The notes below the pieces were generated by a model. The model saw only the letters and a program-made list of their open reading frames with translations. It did not search any database and had not been told where the DNA came from. The position numbers and the translations under genes were made by a program. Below are positions 26,670-38,982 of a DNA stretch of 64,000 nucleotides, piece after piece. The stretch lies in contig NMRA01001025.1 in the NCBI GenBank assembly GCA_002633005.1, positions 1 through 64,000 on the forward strand, given 5' to 3'. This stretch comes from Phoronis australis. Taxonomy: Eukaryota > Animalia > Phoronida. Position 1 is the first letter of the stretch. The number at the start of each line of letters is the position of its first letter.

Positions 26670-26787
26670 GGCGCAAGCTCAGCTGCGCGAGAGCAAAGTT
26701 AGCATTTCAAGGCTAGAGTTCTGTTCGTACCGTATACGAAACGAGAGCCCCGGTACACTCAGAACACGATCAGACTGTGATACCAAG

Positions 26788-26877
26788 ATGACGTTGGTGA
26801 CAATTGTGCTCATCGGTGGCCTGATTGGAGCTGTCGTTTATTGTATTATGCTTTTTATCAAAGCCCCCTCGGAAAAG
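26788..26877 (+). CDS. SQLE: SQLE-like copy B, probable exon 1 (N-terminal membrane anchor)
   Basis: ccaagATG; encodes MTLVTIVLIGGLIGAVVYCIMLFIKAPSEK; strong AAG|gtaggt donor in phase 0, compatible with exon 2. The link across the 7.7-kb intron is inferred. Confidence 0.7.
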
Positions 26878-27544
26878 GTAGGTTTTTGTCTTGAAGTGTT
26901 GAAGTAGATATGTAGGCTAGGACTACTACTCGTTCAATAGCTCATTTGGAAGTATGAACTATTTCCCTGCCTTTTTCATTCTTTGTGTTAGGGGCTGCGT
27001 TTTTCTCGAGCTTAATAAGCATGACATCGTATTTGGAGTACATTAGGCAAATATGGCGAATTTGAAAACTCACTCAGTGGATTTAGTGATCCGCGCATGT
27101 CTCAACTTTTCCCAGTTTTATGTTTTTAAAGTGAGGCAGTATATGGCTGTGAGTGGTGTGGTGTTCCTCTCTGGGTTTGGATAGCTCGTTACAAATCAGT
27201 CTTGCCTGACTTCACTGAAACATCAATTTTCCACTTATTTTTGTGTTACTGTTGGGTGAATTTGCCTTTATTGTAAAAAATGTCCGCATTTCAATTCTGA
27301 AGCATCAAAGTGACACAACAATAGCAGTTTAAGTCTAATTCCTCCAGCTCAGTCTCCAAAACAAATGCCTCACAAACAACATGTATAAAGAGTGATATGA
27401 CCTGAGGTGAATCCGTTGAACTTAACTACCTGTGTGATGACGCACTTTGAGTTTCAATATTTCACTTGTATAAGTACCTGTACGTCACACCGATGACACC
27501 ATAGACTATAGATACGAGTATCTATGACGACGCAGCAGCAGTTA

Positions 27545-27900
27545 TTTTACATAGCGAATATTAGATGGTTAAATCACACCTTAGAAGTTGAAAGAACTTG
27601 TAACATTTGTAATACAGGAGAGATTGAGACAGAAATCCATTTCATGTTACGGTGTCCAGTACTGGCAGATTTGAGAAATAGATTCATACCTCCCTGCCAG
27701 GTCGCTTTTTACCTCGAGAACAGTAAACAATTTAAAACGTTTCAATGTAAAAACAAATAGGGAAATGATAATCAAAAACGAAATATTAAATCTTCAGTGG
27801 CTTAGTACGCATGTATAAAACTTGTATATACTACTGTATGGTGGCCTCTTGTTCTAGTAAAGTTATAATTCTTATGCTTATTATTAGTATCATTATTATT
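27545..27900 (+). mobile_element. 3' remnant of a non-LTR retrotransposon (ORF2 C-terminal CCHC finger plus simple-repeat tail)
   Basis: Encodes ERTCNICNTGEIETEIHFMLRCPVLADLR; followed by an (att)n-like tail. Confidence 0.7.
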
Positions 27901-27938
27901 GTTTGTATAAATATATTTTATTCAGTGGGGCGTGGAAT

Positions 27939-28128
27939 ATGTTGCAAGCAATTTATCCCGTTCAATCCGCCATCTTTTTGGTCTGACCCAATGAATATTA
28001 TGACTCCGAAAAGATTTCTGCCCCCGACCAGGACTCGAACCCAGTCCTTCTGCTCACCGTGCATTCATTAGGTCACGTGATGTGAACAAAAAGATGGCGG
28101 ATTGAACGGGATAAATTGCTTGCAACAT
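27939..28128 (-). mobile_element. Inverted-repeat element with a tRNA-like core, in SQLE-B intron 1
   Basis: ~42-bp perfect TIR atgttgcaagcaatttatcccgttcaatccgccatctttttg; core on the - strand gcagaaggactgggttcgagtcctggtcgggggc. Confidence 0.8.
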
Positions 28129-28810
28129 TATTATTTCTGATATAGTTATTGTTATCGTTGTTAGTTCACTAATTTATTTAGTTTTTTGACATCGATTGGC
28201 ATCAAAATTCTCCTACTACTCTGCAACATAGCTCGTCGCATACCCCGTGCAAAACCGATCACGATAAATGTATGAAACTTGATGTCCGTCGTCAATGAAT
28301 ATTTCAGTAGGTTTGCCTTTTTCCGTAAGCTATTGGTTCACCCCTCCGCACAGCAATGGAAATTTTCCGGCATCACAGCGGATAGCAGGGAAGGTTTTAA
28401 AAGGCTGTTTACACCAGTAGGTTGAAACCTGTTTTTCGGGATGGTGGATATTATTTTCGTTTTGCCAACTAAACAGGGCACATGCAGTTTTGCAATTGGT
28501 TTTGTGTATTCTGCAGAGAGGCCTGTCATAACTCTGTTACAAACATTCATTTCGGCACGAATCCTGCCTGGTGCTGCATGGGTGAGTGCGTAATGAACCA
28601 CAAAACCAGGTGGGCGAATTCTACATTGAAAATTACAGCTACTGTAGTTTTTAAAAGTAAATGCGACAGACTTCGACAGAAGCATTCTGACTCAAACTAT
28701 AAAGAATTTATTGTCAGAACTTTTTTGCAGTTTAGACGAACTTTTGTCACGATGAAATAGCATGTTTGTGAAAATTTAGTCAGAGTTCAATTTGACGTCA
28801 TTGTGCCTAA

Positions 28811-29144
28811 AGCCTTGGTCACAACCCGCCGTACGTGCAAGTACGTGCTGTCTACGTGTAAAAACGTGGGGGAAATTTGGCGATCCGTACGTGGCAAGTA
28901 CGGCCTCCGTGCGTTTTGGTGAATACGCAGGAGAACGCAGACACGACGTAGCACTTTTAGTGCATGCAGAACTTTCTCTGCGTGCAAGCTGCGTTCGCAT
29001 GTACAGATTCACGGCAGTACGTGTGACGTACGTCCTCCCTGCGCTTGCCACTCCCTACTCACGTTTTCAGAAAAACGTGGTGCCCGTGGCGTCCGGAGAA
29101 AACGTACGAACAATAAACACGCACGGCGGGTTGTGACCATAGCT
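28811..29144 (+). mobile_element. PIF/Harbinger-type MITE (334 bp)
   Basis: TIR agc(ct/ta)tggtcacaacccgccgt, TAA TSD on both sides; near-identical inverted copy at 60099-60431. Confidence 0.88.
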
Positions 29145-32100
29145 TAACCCGTGACCGGTAATTGTTTATTGTTGATTGGCCATGCACAGCGAGGAGCAAC
29201 ACTTTTCGACATTAATTAAGCAGCGTTGAAACGGATTATAGATGAACAGAAAGGGATATTTAGTCGCCACTTGATAGTCGAAGTTTCATCGAATTTTGAC
29301 GTTGTCTAGTTTATTTTGAAAGCTGCTACAGGCTTCACAGAGTCGACAACAGATTAGCCTCCTTTTCGACAAACCATTTCAATATTGCAGATATTTGAGT
29401 AACATGGTGTTTTTGGCGTTTCCATTTTCAATAGAATTTTAAATCTTGTCAATTGCCGTCTTTCATCTTTCATATTTCGGGTTCGCACTCACCGGCGACC
29501 AATTTGACGCAACGCTGCAGATGACCGCTTTGTCAGTAGCGAGTCCAACAGTGAAAACGGAATGCATAATGTAAACAATCTGTGTTTTGACCTCCCCGCA
29601 TGTGACCTGTTGATCGTGTCAGTGAACACCTCGAATATGACATTAGCCCCCTTTGCTACAACAGGCCAGTAGTGGTCCGAGAGAAGTGGTTTTGGGTATT
29701 GAAAGTCACACATGCGATACAGCCTGAGAGAGATGCTGATTCACCAGTGTTCACTGAAGTGTTGCTCAACTGGTAAATTTTGTCTTCACTAGAGAAGCAA
29801 ATTTCTCGGTGCCAGCTTCGAACTCGACCATTCTTTCACTGTATAAATGCCATTGATTCGGTCAATAGCCTTTAACCTGAAAGAAGGTCGGGGTTAATGG
29901 CCGCAGAGTATCTGTCACCCATAGGTGAAGTTCCTCCCACGTTATTCCAGGGTTTAATCATCCGGGCAACGCTGATTGTTTTTTCCTGAAAGATCGCGTG
30001 CTAAGTACATCGCACTGACCACGGACTCTCGCACGCAAAGTTAAAAAGATTTCATTTATGACTTCCATTTACAAATGACACCTCCACGCACCCCGATCAC
30101 CTGCAGACAGCGCAGTATTGCCATACCCTTTGTAAATTCATTGCTTCGCTTTCCCTTTCGTGCGAGTATCCTGCAGTACGTTGTACAGTGTACGTCAAAT
30201 TAATCCACTAGAAGTACAATCACTAAATTTTTATAATAACAAACAGTTTTCAATTAGGCACCTCTCTAATGCTCCGCCTGTATTAAAAACAACTATGGTT
30301 TACTTCTGGATGTTTGCAGACAGAAAAAATATCCAGCACATCCAACCGTCTGCGTACCTCAACAATAGAGTCGCCAACTAGAGTAACGTCGTCAGCAAAT
30401 GGTATCAAAAACTATTTTCAAGGGAAACTTTAAAATACGCCAATTACTTCTTTGCACTTTGATAAATTTAGCGTCATTTTTAGAAAATGAAACTAAAGTA
30501 AGAAATTTGAATATATTACAGTAACAGTTACGGCGTCGAGCGTACATTATCGAGAACGCAACGATAAATGTTCGACAGTTTACATGTACATGTATCAGTG
30601 AACGTGTTTGAGTACGATTCCAATTTTAAGCAAGACGATCTCTAGAGAAAAGTACCAATTTAACGATGTTTGAATGCTCTGACTGCATAATTAATGTCCC
30701 ATTATGACTCGCACTTTATTAGAACGTCTATTATTACTTAGCAAAATTCTTTCACCATGTACATGTGTGTTGCTGTGACTTCATTTCTGTGTTTTTTTTT
30801 TGTTTGTTCGCATTCTTCAGGTCGCATTTTCGTCCGCACAAAATTCACTTACAACATCTAGTTCCGGAATATATGGAAGTCTATTGTTTTTGGTCACTAT
30901 CGGATGCAAAATGGCGGACGTGGCGGCCATTTTGTTTTATAATTCAGATTCAAATGCTCACAGAGGCGGCAATTTTCAACGTAAACGGCTAAAAATCAGT
31001 GCGATATTGTAACGGACGTGTACGACAAAAGTGCCGTAAATCATTAACTTCCGGTTAAAGATGGCGGTAATATTGGCTATTGCGTTTGAGCACCTCTATT
31101 TCAGAACGAAAACTTTTTGTCCTTTGGAGGGCGCATTGTAGAACCAATTGCTTCTAAAATTGTCATGCGTTAATTTCCCATCAGTAGCTATTTCCAAAAG
31201 CTTCTTTACCGGAAGTTGATTTCAAAATGGCGAAACTAGCGCATTTTCATCAATTTTCATTCGTGCCATTTTAAATGGGAGGAGCAAATGACGTGAATTT
31301 TTGAAGGTTGATTTTCTGATGTATATTGTTTCAAAGGAATTGAAACCATTTATTCTCAGACTTACTGTTTTCAACGGACTTTCAAAAGAGGGCTTCTATT
31401 TTCCGATTAGACGTCTCGTTTCCAAATTATTCGGGATTTTCTGATCACACTGTTTCTTTGTTGACTGATTTTAGCTGCACTTTTATTGGTTTAACTTTTA
31501 TTGAACAAGATTATATTTCTTACTCATTTCTGACATCTTCATTCGTCAAATGATTGTCATAATCATGTTCGTAATCTCCACCACCATCAACATCATCATT
31601 GTCATCATCTCCATTTCCATTTCTCTCTTCAGTTAATTCGCCACGTGGCGCTTCTACGAGCGCTTTCATTTTTTATGTTTAGTTTAAAACCAAGCGTTAC
31701 GTTATTCTTACTCAAATGTTAAACACTGAACGTAGTTTTGGGATTTCATATAAATCGACACAAGTTTTGGCGGAAATCCCAGACACGATTTTGGGCATTT
31801 TCAACCAACATTTCCATATCAATGTACCTTTCAAAAACACATTTTACTAAAAACGCATGGTCACCTAATCACAGGAATGTTGTGAATGACATTAATAGAT
31901 TCGATTACCAGTTTCGGAAAATGTACTTCTTGTGGGTTGGACGTTGCAACGTGAATATTTCAAGACGAATACAACATTTTAATTAGGTCCAAACGTACCC
32001 GCAAGGTAGCATATTTGTTTTGTTGTGGAATGAAACTGAGTAGTTCAACGGAGAACCTCTCAAAGTTTAGACGCAAAAATTGTAGTCCATGACTACAGGT

Positions 32101-32379
32101 AGGAGGAGCCAGGCGGCTCTTCAACGTCGGGAACGTTGCTTATATAGTATGTCCATTAGTCATGGGTTATAATTTTTGCATCTGATTATTTACCTGGATG
32201 AATAACATCTATCGCCTAATCAACAATAAGTTTGCCAACAGTTGCCATGTCATAGCGCAAATATTGAGAGAATGGGGAAAATTCGCTTTTTAAAACTATT
32301 TCAAATGAAAAACGAAGAACCGCGAGTCGTTTTTCTAACCTCGTTACTTTCTGTTTTTCTTTTCTCGTGTGTTTGAGGA

Positions 32380-34348
32380 CTGATACCCTGTAAAATGATA
32401 GAGTTTCGTAAATGGTAACAACAGTTATATTTTACGTCATTGTTACACCTTACGTTGCTAGGCATCTCCTAAAATGTATCAAGTTGTTTCATTTCACGTA
32501 AGTGTTACAATTTACGTCGAATGCACATGCGACTGAGAAATCTAACATTGTTACATTTTACGAAAGCAACGTCATATTTCATGAGTGTGCATTTACAGTT
32601 ACATTTTACGTTATTGTTACGTGTTACGTTGCTTGGCCCCTCCTAAAATGTAATAAGTTATTACATTTTATGTAATTGTTACAACTTACGTCGAATGCAT
32701 ATTTGACAAAGTGTTTTTGTTACGAAAGCGGCGTCATATTTCATGAGTTCACATGGTATTTGTCATACGGAGAAAAACGGTTCACACACTTGAGGCCTTG
32801 AATTGTTTGAACGAAATTCTGACAAAATGTGCCACATCAAATTCATAGATGTGTCCCTATGTGATTTCCATTGTTTTTTAACATGAATGGTTTCTCAGTG
32901 TAGTCAAAACTGTACCCCGTGCAGTTTCAACTCCAGCCGAAAGGAGTTTCCGGGATCAGGTAACAAGTTTGTAATTGTTGGCGCTCACAGGTTCTAAACC
33001 AATTGTGTATCCGGCACTACAGTAATCAGACTCCCCTTGGTAAGCACTGCAGAAAAAAATGACATCGTATTTTGGTTAACACGTATCGCATTTCTTTGGA
33101 AAAAATGACCACAACAAAAAATTTCACAGAGAATTCAATTTCGGAAGCCAATTTGACAGAAAACTCACCCGTTATAGTAAACGATAATTTGATTTATTTC
33201 AGCCAATGCTTTAAAGTCATCGCTAATGTCACCGATGTTCGGAACATTTTTTTTATGAAGCATGCCATTCCAACGGACTACAAAAAACAATTTCTCTTTC
33301 TATTATCTCTTAAAGTAAAATATCAACTAAAATTGTTATTTGATCAATATTCCTTGCTCCGAAGTACATACATGTATCTAAAGACACAGATTGGATATTC
33401 TACTATTAAAGGACGAGAGGCCACGTGTCTCACTAGGCGCCATTTTTGTGTTGCAGCTCGCTGTCAACAACGCGCGTGGTTTTAAGCAGATAAGGGAATT
33501 TGGTGTATTAACCCTTTTGCTACATCGCATGAAAAGCATATACTGGACATCGCTAATTTCGACGTTAGCCGTTTTATTGTTCCATACAATCAACTTTCAA
33601 TGAAACCTAGTTCAAATCCCGCACTGTGTTCTTTTAAGAATATGGGGCCTGTTCCATATAAAGTTGTTGTGTGTTTTGTATGTCCGTTACCAGCTACTGT
33701 AATGACCCGGTCACCGCAGCCACACCCGACTAGTCACCAGTTTCCTGAAAAGTGTGTGCCTCCGCAATTTTTGAAATCTCACGTACTATGAAAAGGAACA
33801 ATTTTTTCAACAAGAGACAAAAATGATAACACGTTGGGTACCTCACGTTTATATGTAAGTCCAAGTAAATGATTACAGTCTGAATTCAGTTCGTGGCAAA
33901 CAACAGAAGGATATAGTAAACTACAAACAATGCCGAACCTGCCGATAGTTCAGAAAGACTCAATTTTCGAAGTTGGCGCACGTCTAAACAAGATTTTAAA
34001 TTTCAAACTCCTCGTCTGCAAAACGTAGGCTCACTCTGCATCTGCAGCTGTCACTGCGTTTCTCACAAAGGTTGAAGGTAGAAACCCTTGGGTAGTTATC
34101 TAAACTTTCGGGAGGCACTCTTCGTCCAGAGATACTCGAGTACCCCAGGCCGTGTCGGATTCCACTTGCTCGTGATTTTGGTCATTTACTTTGTGATATG
34201 ACGTTGGTTCCGTAAAACGTACATTCGACGTAAATCTAACAAATGCGTAAGACGTAACAACTTCTTACATTTTAGGATAGGTTTGCCAACGTAAAACGTA
34301 ACAATGACTTAAAATATGTAACAGTTGTTACATTTTACGGCGTATCAG
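32380..34348. mobile_element. ~2-kb non-autonomous TIR element with long subterminal repeats and a nested repeat
   Basis: ctgataccctgtaaaatg / cattttacggcgtatcag; a block repeated at ~32425-32580 and ~32600-32750 is inverted at ~34220-34345. Confidence 0.65.
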
Positions 34349-34593
34349 AAGACAGGTGTTGCACTTTTAACTTTGTATTCCGTCAGTGACTTTTTGAACA
34401 TAGTGAGAGTTTTCAATGATGTAGCTTTGAACGTTGTAAAGTCATCAAGGTCCCGTGTTCTGTGACAGTGCGCGTGGCGTGTTCATGACAATATAGCCAT
34501 CGTTTAACAATGTTCATTGTAGTACTCATGAACAACCACATCGACGAGAGTGGTGACCTAGTGACGGAAAAACTTTCATCTTTTAATTTACAG

Positions 34594-34813
34594 AAGCCAA
34601 CACCTCGTGCCTCACTAAGAGACCCAAGCATGGATGACGCTGACGTAGTTATCGTTGGCGGTGGGATACTGGGATCTGCCTTAGCTATTGTCTTGGCGCG
34701 TAATGGACGTCGAGTTGCCGTCATTGAGAAGAGTATGGGCGAAGTCGAAAGCATCGCGGGAGAAGTTCTCATGCCAGGCGGAATCAGGGCTTTAAACAAA
34801 CTTGGTCTCGGAG
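34594..34813 (+). CDS. SQLE: SQLE-like copy B, exon 2 (FAD Rossmann GxGxxG)
   Basis: tttacag|AAG; encodes DVVIVGGGILGSALAIVLARNGRRVAVIEK...GEVLMPGG...LGLG; G|gtaag donor. Confidence 0.93.
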
Positions 34814-36007
34814 GTAAGTGTTAACAAGATATGTACCCCTGTATCATCTCCGCCAGCCTGAGGGTTTGTAGCCTCACTACGCGCTTCCAGGGGGGCTCGG
34901 GGGCTCGAACGAAGTAGACAGAAAGATCCACCCCAGAGAACAAAATGTCCGAGAAACCGAGACAAAAGTCCACTTAAAAGGCAAGAACTACCAAAATTCG
35001 GCGAACACACAATTACAGCTCTGAAGGTACCTCGTTTTCCTTCAAAGAATTCGAGCCCCCTGGGTGCGCGCATGCTACGACACGCGGGTCGCAAACGGCA
35101 CTCCTATGGATCATGTTTTGTGCTGCTCAGCAGCTAATGTAAGCCACTGTGTTTGTTTTTTCTAGTCTGAGAATAATTTCCTCCAATTTACACACCGTTT
35201 ACAGTCGTCCGATCACTGAGAAGGCAAAGCGGACGTCTCATTCGTCGTCTGAAAAAAATCACGAACTCTCGCTAACGTCTGATCTCCTTTCTTGTCGTCT
35301 GAGTCTATTTCAGACGTTCCCTAACTTTTCTTTGCATTAAAACTGACTCTCGTTACGACCCTGGTTTTCAGAGGCCTTATTCCAATCTTTCTTTTATTAA
35401 CCGCTATCCTCGTGCTTTTGCCCGGTGTTAGGCAAACGTAAATTATCTGCCACGCATATTGAATACTAACACGCATCGACTCAAACTGTTGTCAAGAAAT
35501 AAAACCCATCGTATTTCTCCCCCTAAAGGAGGATTCTATCGTAACTAGGGGAATTATCAATTTTATGAGCCAAAAACTTCAAACCAATTACCAGTTTCTG
35601 TCCTTAACATTCCAATTTATTTCAGCCAGTATCTCATTGTCCAACGTACATCGCTAGTACCACACGCTTTGTTTTCCTGCTAATGAAAGCCTAAATTCCA
35701 ATGATGATATTTATAGTTAGGCTCTGCCTCCCCTAGTGACCGTACCTGACTAGCGTGAAATATCAGTATTTTGCAAATTAAGGTGACATCAAACCCGTGC
35801 TTGAATTGTTCCGTGGTCAAACAAGAGGTCGTTGTTCCATGGTCAAATTCAGAGAGGTCATTTGAGGACGCCGAACGGAGTTCCGGTTCAGAGTTGTTAT
35901 TGCATAGACCTAGCTCACAAGAAAACTTCATGTCACACCGTGTCACTAACGTCAGCCCCATCCCGCATGCCGTGCATTTGTCGTCATATTGTATTGCTTT
36001 CGTAGGT

Positions 36008-36496
36008 AAGGTAACTAAGTACACCGTTAACGGACTCATAAACACGTTACGGACACATGAACACGACTCGCGTACCTGCAAACTCCGTTCACTGACTCAC
36101 AGACACGGGAACGAATTCACAGAACACGATCCATTCACCCAAATACACGGCACACGAACCCACCTTCACGAAGAAACACGGTTAACGGACCGCCAAACAC
36201 GACGGTTCACGGACAAAATGTAGATGTCAGCTCCGGCTGACCAATGAAGCCGATGAGTCCGTGACCCGTGTTTATGACACGCTTTATCGGAGTGAACCCG
36301 CGTTTAGTGGCGGTCGGTTAACCGTGTTTCTTCGTGAATGTGAGTCCGTGTCCTGTGTATTTGGGTGAATGGATCGTTTTTGTGAGTCCGTTCCCGTGTT
36401 TGTGAGTCAGTGAAGGGTGTTTGCAGGTTCGCTAGTCGTGTTCATGAGTCCATGACCGTGTTTATGAGTCCGTTAACCGTATAGTTTAGGTACCTT
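36008..36496. mobile_element. Foldback MITE with ~190-bp inverted arms in SQLE-B intron 2
   Basis: gttaacggactcataaacacg / cgtgtttatgagtccgttaac; cgatccattcacccaaatacac / gtgtatttgggtgaatggatcg; ttcacgaagaaacacggttaac / gttaaccgtgtttcttcgtgaa. Confidence 0.85.
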
Positions 36497-37325
36497 TGTT
36501 GATAGGGCATTTCGAGTCGTGACTAGATGTTATACTCCCACATGATTAGTTGGCTATGTAACAACAGAATACATGTAATCATATCATACGTTATTTCGCT
36601 ACAGACTTTTAAATGTGAAAATGGACACTAGTCAAGGCTGGTTAACACAGGAAATTTTACTGGTAACCACCTGAAAATGTGATACTAACATCTGCATTTA
36701 TTTAGCCCAGTGGCCACTGTAAGATAATTTCAGTGGTTGGGTATATCAGCCAAAGGTGTATGTAACCAGAAAAGAAACGGCAACAAAACGTTCATTCTCG
36801 TTGGTTGCTAGGTGTTTTAAGGGCAACAAGACTTTTAAGCGCTTTGGGTTAAAAAAATATTACCGTGCTCATCAGTTCTTATTATCGAGTGATCCGGAAA
36901 CTCAAGTCACAGTTAGTGCGTATTATGAGCCAATTTGGATTCCGCAACTTTAGGGTTGGTCAACCCCAATAGACTGTCTATCTCTGACGCGTTTCATTGA
37001 GTCAATGATTGTTTCGATGTTCTTGTTGGTAACGGAAATAGAGTCTTACCAAAACAAAGAATACTGTCAAATCTTGACGATAGCAAGTAGCAGCATATGT
37101 TAATACTGAAAAACCAACGGATTTAAACCGGCTTGAAATGTTTCGGCGTTTCTTGAAACACAAACTATTGGAGATACTAAATATATTAATGACAACCATC
37201 GGTATGTGTGTCCTGAACCGACGTATTTACCATAATGTTGAAAAGGCAAAAAAACAGAACCATCAAATTGCATGAAAATCAGCTCAAGAAGCTGACCCGT
37301 AACACTGTATTACCCTTCCCTTCCG

Positions 37326-37538
37326 ATGAGACCATTAAAAATTTGTGAAATTCTGAGAGATGTTTCACAATTTAGACGTGTAAAAGCAGATTCTACACTA
37401 ACTAGAGAAGGACAGCTACAGAGGATTTTACGAAAAATTAAGAATGATGGTAGTTTAGATGCTGAAATTTACAACCATTTGTATCCACAAGGTTCGCAGC
37501 CAGGTAGAGTATATGGTCCACCAAAAATGCACAATTAG
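37326..37538 (+). mobile_element. Penelope-like RT N-terminal fragment
   Basis: Encodes DSTLTREGQLQRILRKIK...IYNHLYPQGSQPGRVYGPPKMH, matching the PLE P..YGLPKxHK motif. Confidence 0.75.
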
Positions 37539-38051
37539 ACCAATTTAGCGCTTGCATAAGTAATCCATTAATTATGTTCACCTGTGAAAACTATTAACAA
37601 AAGACACAAGCACTTTTATTCAGTAAACATGATTAACCCATACTTCAGCACAACAGTAAATAAGCCAGATACAAATGTAAACTTACGTCGATCCGATACA
37701 GTTGATGACCGCATGACGACTCAATTTTTGATTGGCTCCCCTCATGCCCATACCCATCTGATCAAACCTGCCAGATTGTCATTTCCGGGCTCTAAGAGTG
37801 TCTAGAGCGATATATAGTTGCATGTGACGTAACATGGCACACGGACATCTGCGTGATCTTGACAAAATCACCGACAGAGGAAGGGAAGAAGGGAGAGGTG
37901 GACGGGGGGTCGGACAGACAGACAGACGATAGGCGTACATGTAGTATAGACGGAGGGAGGGACAGGAAGACAGACGGGAGTGTTGAGGCACTCATCAGGC
38001 ACATCTTTCTTCACTTTTTTGGTATTTAACACCACAAATATTTCCTTTTAG

Positions 38052-38211
38052 ACTTAATCCGTGAAATTAAAGGCGCGAGTCCCTTGAAGAAAGTTGCGCA
38101 ATCCCACGAGAAAGAGTCCGTCTGGGAATTTACACTTCCACGACCTGCCTTGGGTTTTCACCACGAAAAGTTTGTGACGGCGTTGCGTGAACGAGCAGCG
38201 TTGGAAAAGAA
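38052..38211 (+). CDS. SQLE: SQLE-like copy B, exon 3
   Basis: 160 nt, ttttag|AC...AA|gtaag; encodes DLIREIKGASPLKKVAQSHEKESVWEFTLPRPALGFHHEKFVTALRERAALEKN (human [20 protein letters not shown]). Not in the ORF track. Confidence 0.88.
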
Positions 38212-38879
38212 GTAAGTAAAAATCATGGAGGATATTTAATCTGACACATATATGTAAGTATTATCACATTTTGATATTGGCAACTGTATCTCTATAACAT
38301 GCACCTCTTATGACCGAAGTAAAAGGCCGAACTAGCTCAATGCCTTTCACAAGCACGCACTCTTTGGTCGATCTCGTGGAAGTGACCCTCCTCCTCCCCC
38401 GATCTCCGAGGCGTGTACGTGTGTAGCAACACATTTGTCCATGAAATCAATTGCTGGGCGATGGTCGATATATCAATATATCAATTACAGTGAGATTTAC
38501 CTAATTGAAAATGTCAGCAGCTATCCCAGGGTTGCGTTCGTCATAACAAAACACATGCGAAAACGCAAGATCACGCAATTCTTTGTTTATTTCGAGATAT
38601 CGCCGGTTATTACAAGCAATCACATTCCGCGAGTTTCGTATGGAACGTACCTTAGTATTTTCATACAGATGTCAAGATTTTACGAGTGGGAGAACGCGTT
38701 TTTATGTATTTCGCATTTTACGGCACGGTGCACTCATATTATTATGTTGAGAAGAGTCTAGGAACTCACATTTTAACTCTTGAGAAACTCTAGAGATTTT
38801 TTAGAACATCATAATGTAGTGGAATTTTACATTTGACTCGGCACTGTGGAAGACTGTTGTGCTTTCTCAATACTTACAG

Positions 38880-38982
38880 CGTCACGTTTGTGGAGGGCAC
38901 TGTCACTGACGTTATCGAGGTTGAAAACGGAATAATAAATGGCGTCAAGTGCAGGACAGAAAATGAAGGTAACCTCGTGACG
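38880..38982 (+). CDS. SQLE: SQLE-like copy B, exon 4
   Basis: 103 nt; encodes VTFVEGTVTDVIEVENGIINGVKCRTENEGNLVT; AG/GT boundaries. Confidence 0.9.

Noticed and set aside
28776-29136. Overlapping ORFs duplicated at 60217-60487
   Set aside because: Incidental frames in a non-coding, GC-rich MITE.
29489-29877. Exon-like - strand segment with good acceptor and donor
   Set aside because: All three frames contain stops and no family is recognisable; at most a decayed repeat.
35680-36223. Cys-containing 133-aa and 150-aa ORFs in SQLE-B intron 2
   Set aside because: They run into the foldback MITE, show no recognisable domain and have no supported splice structure.
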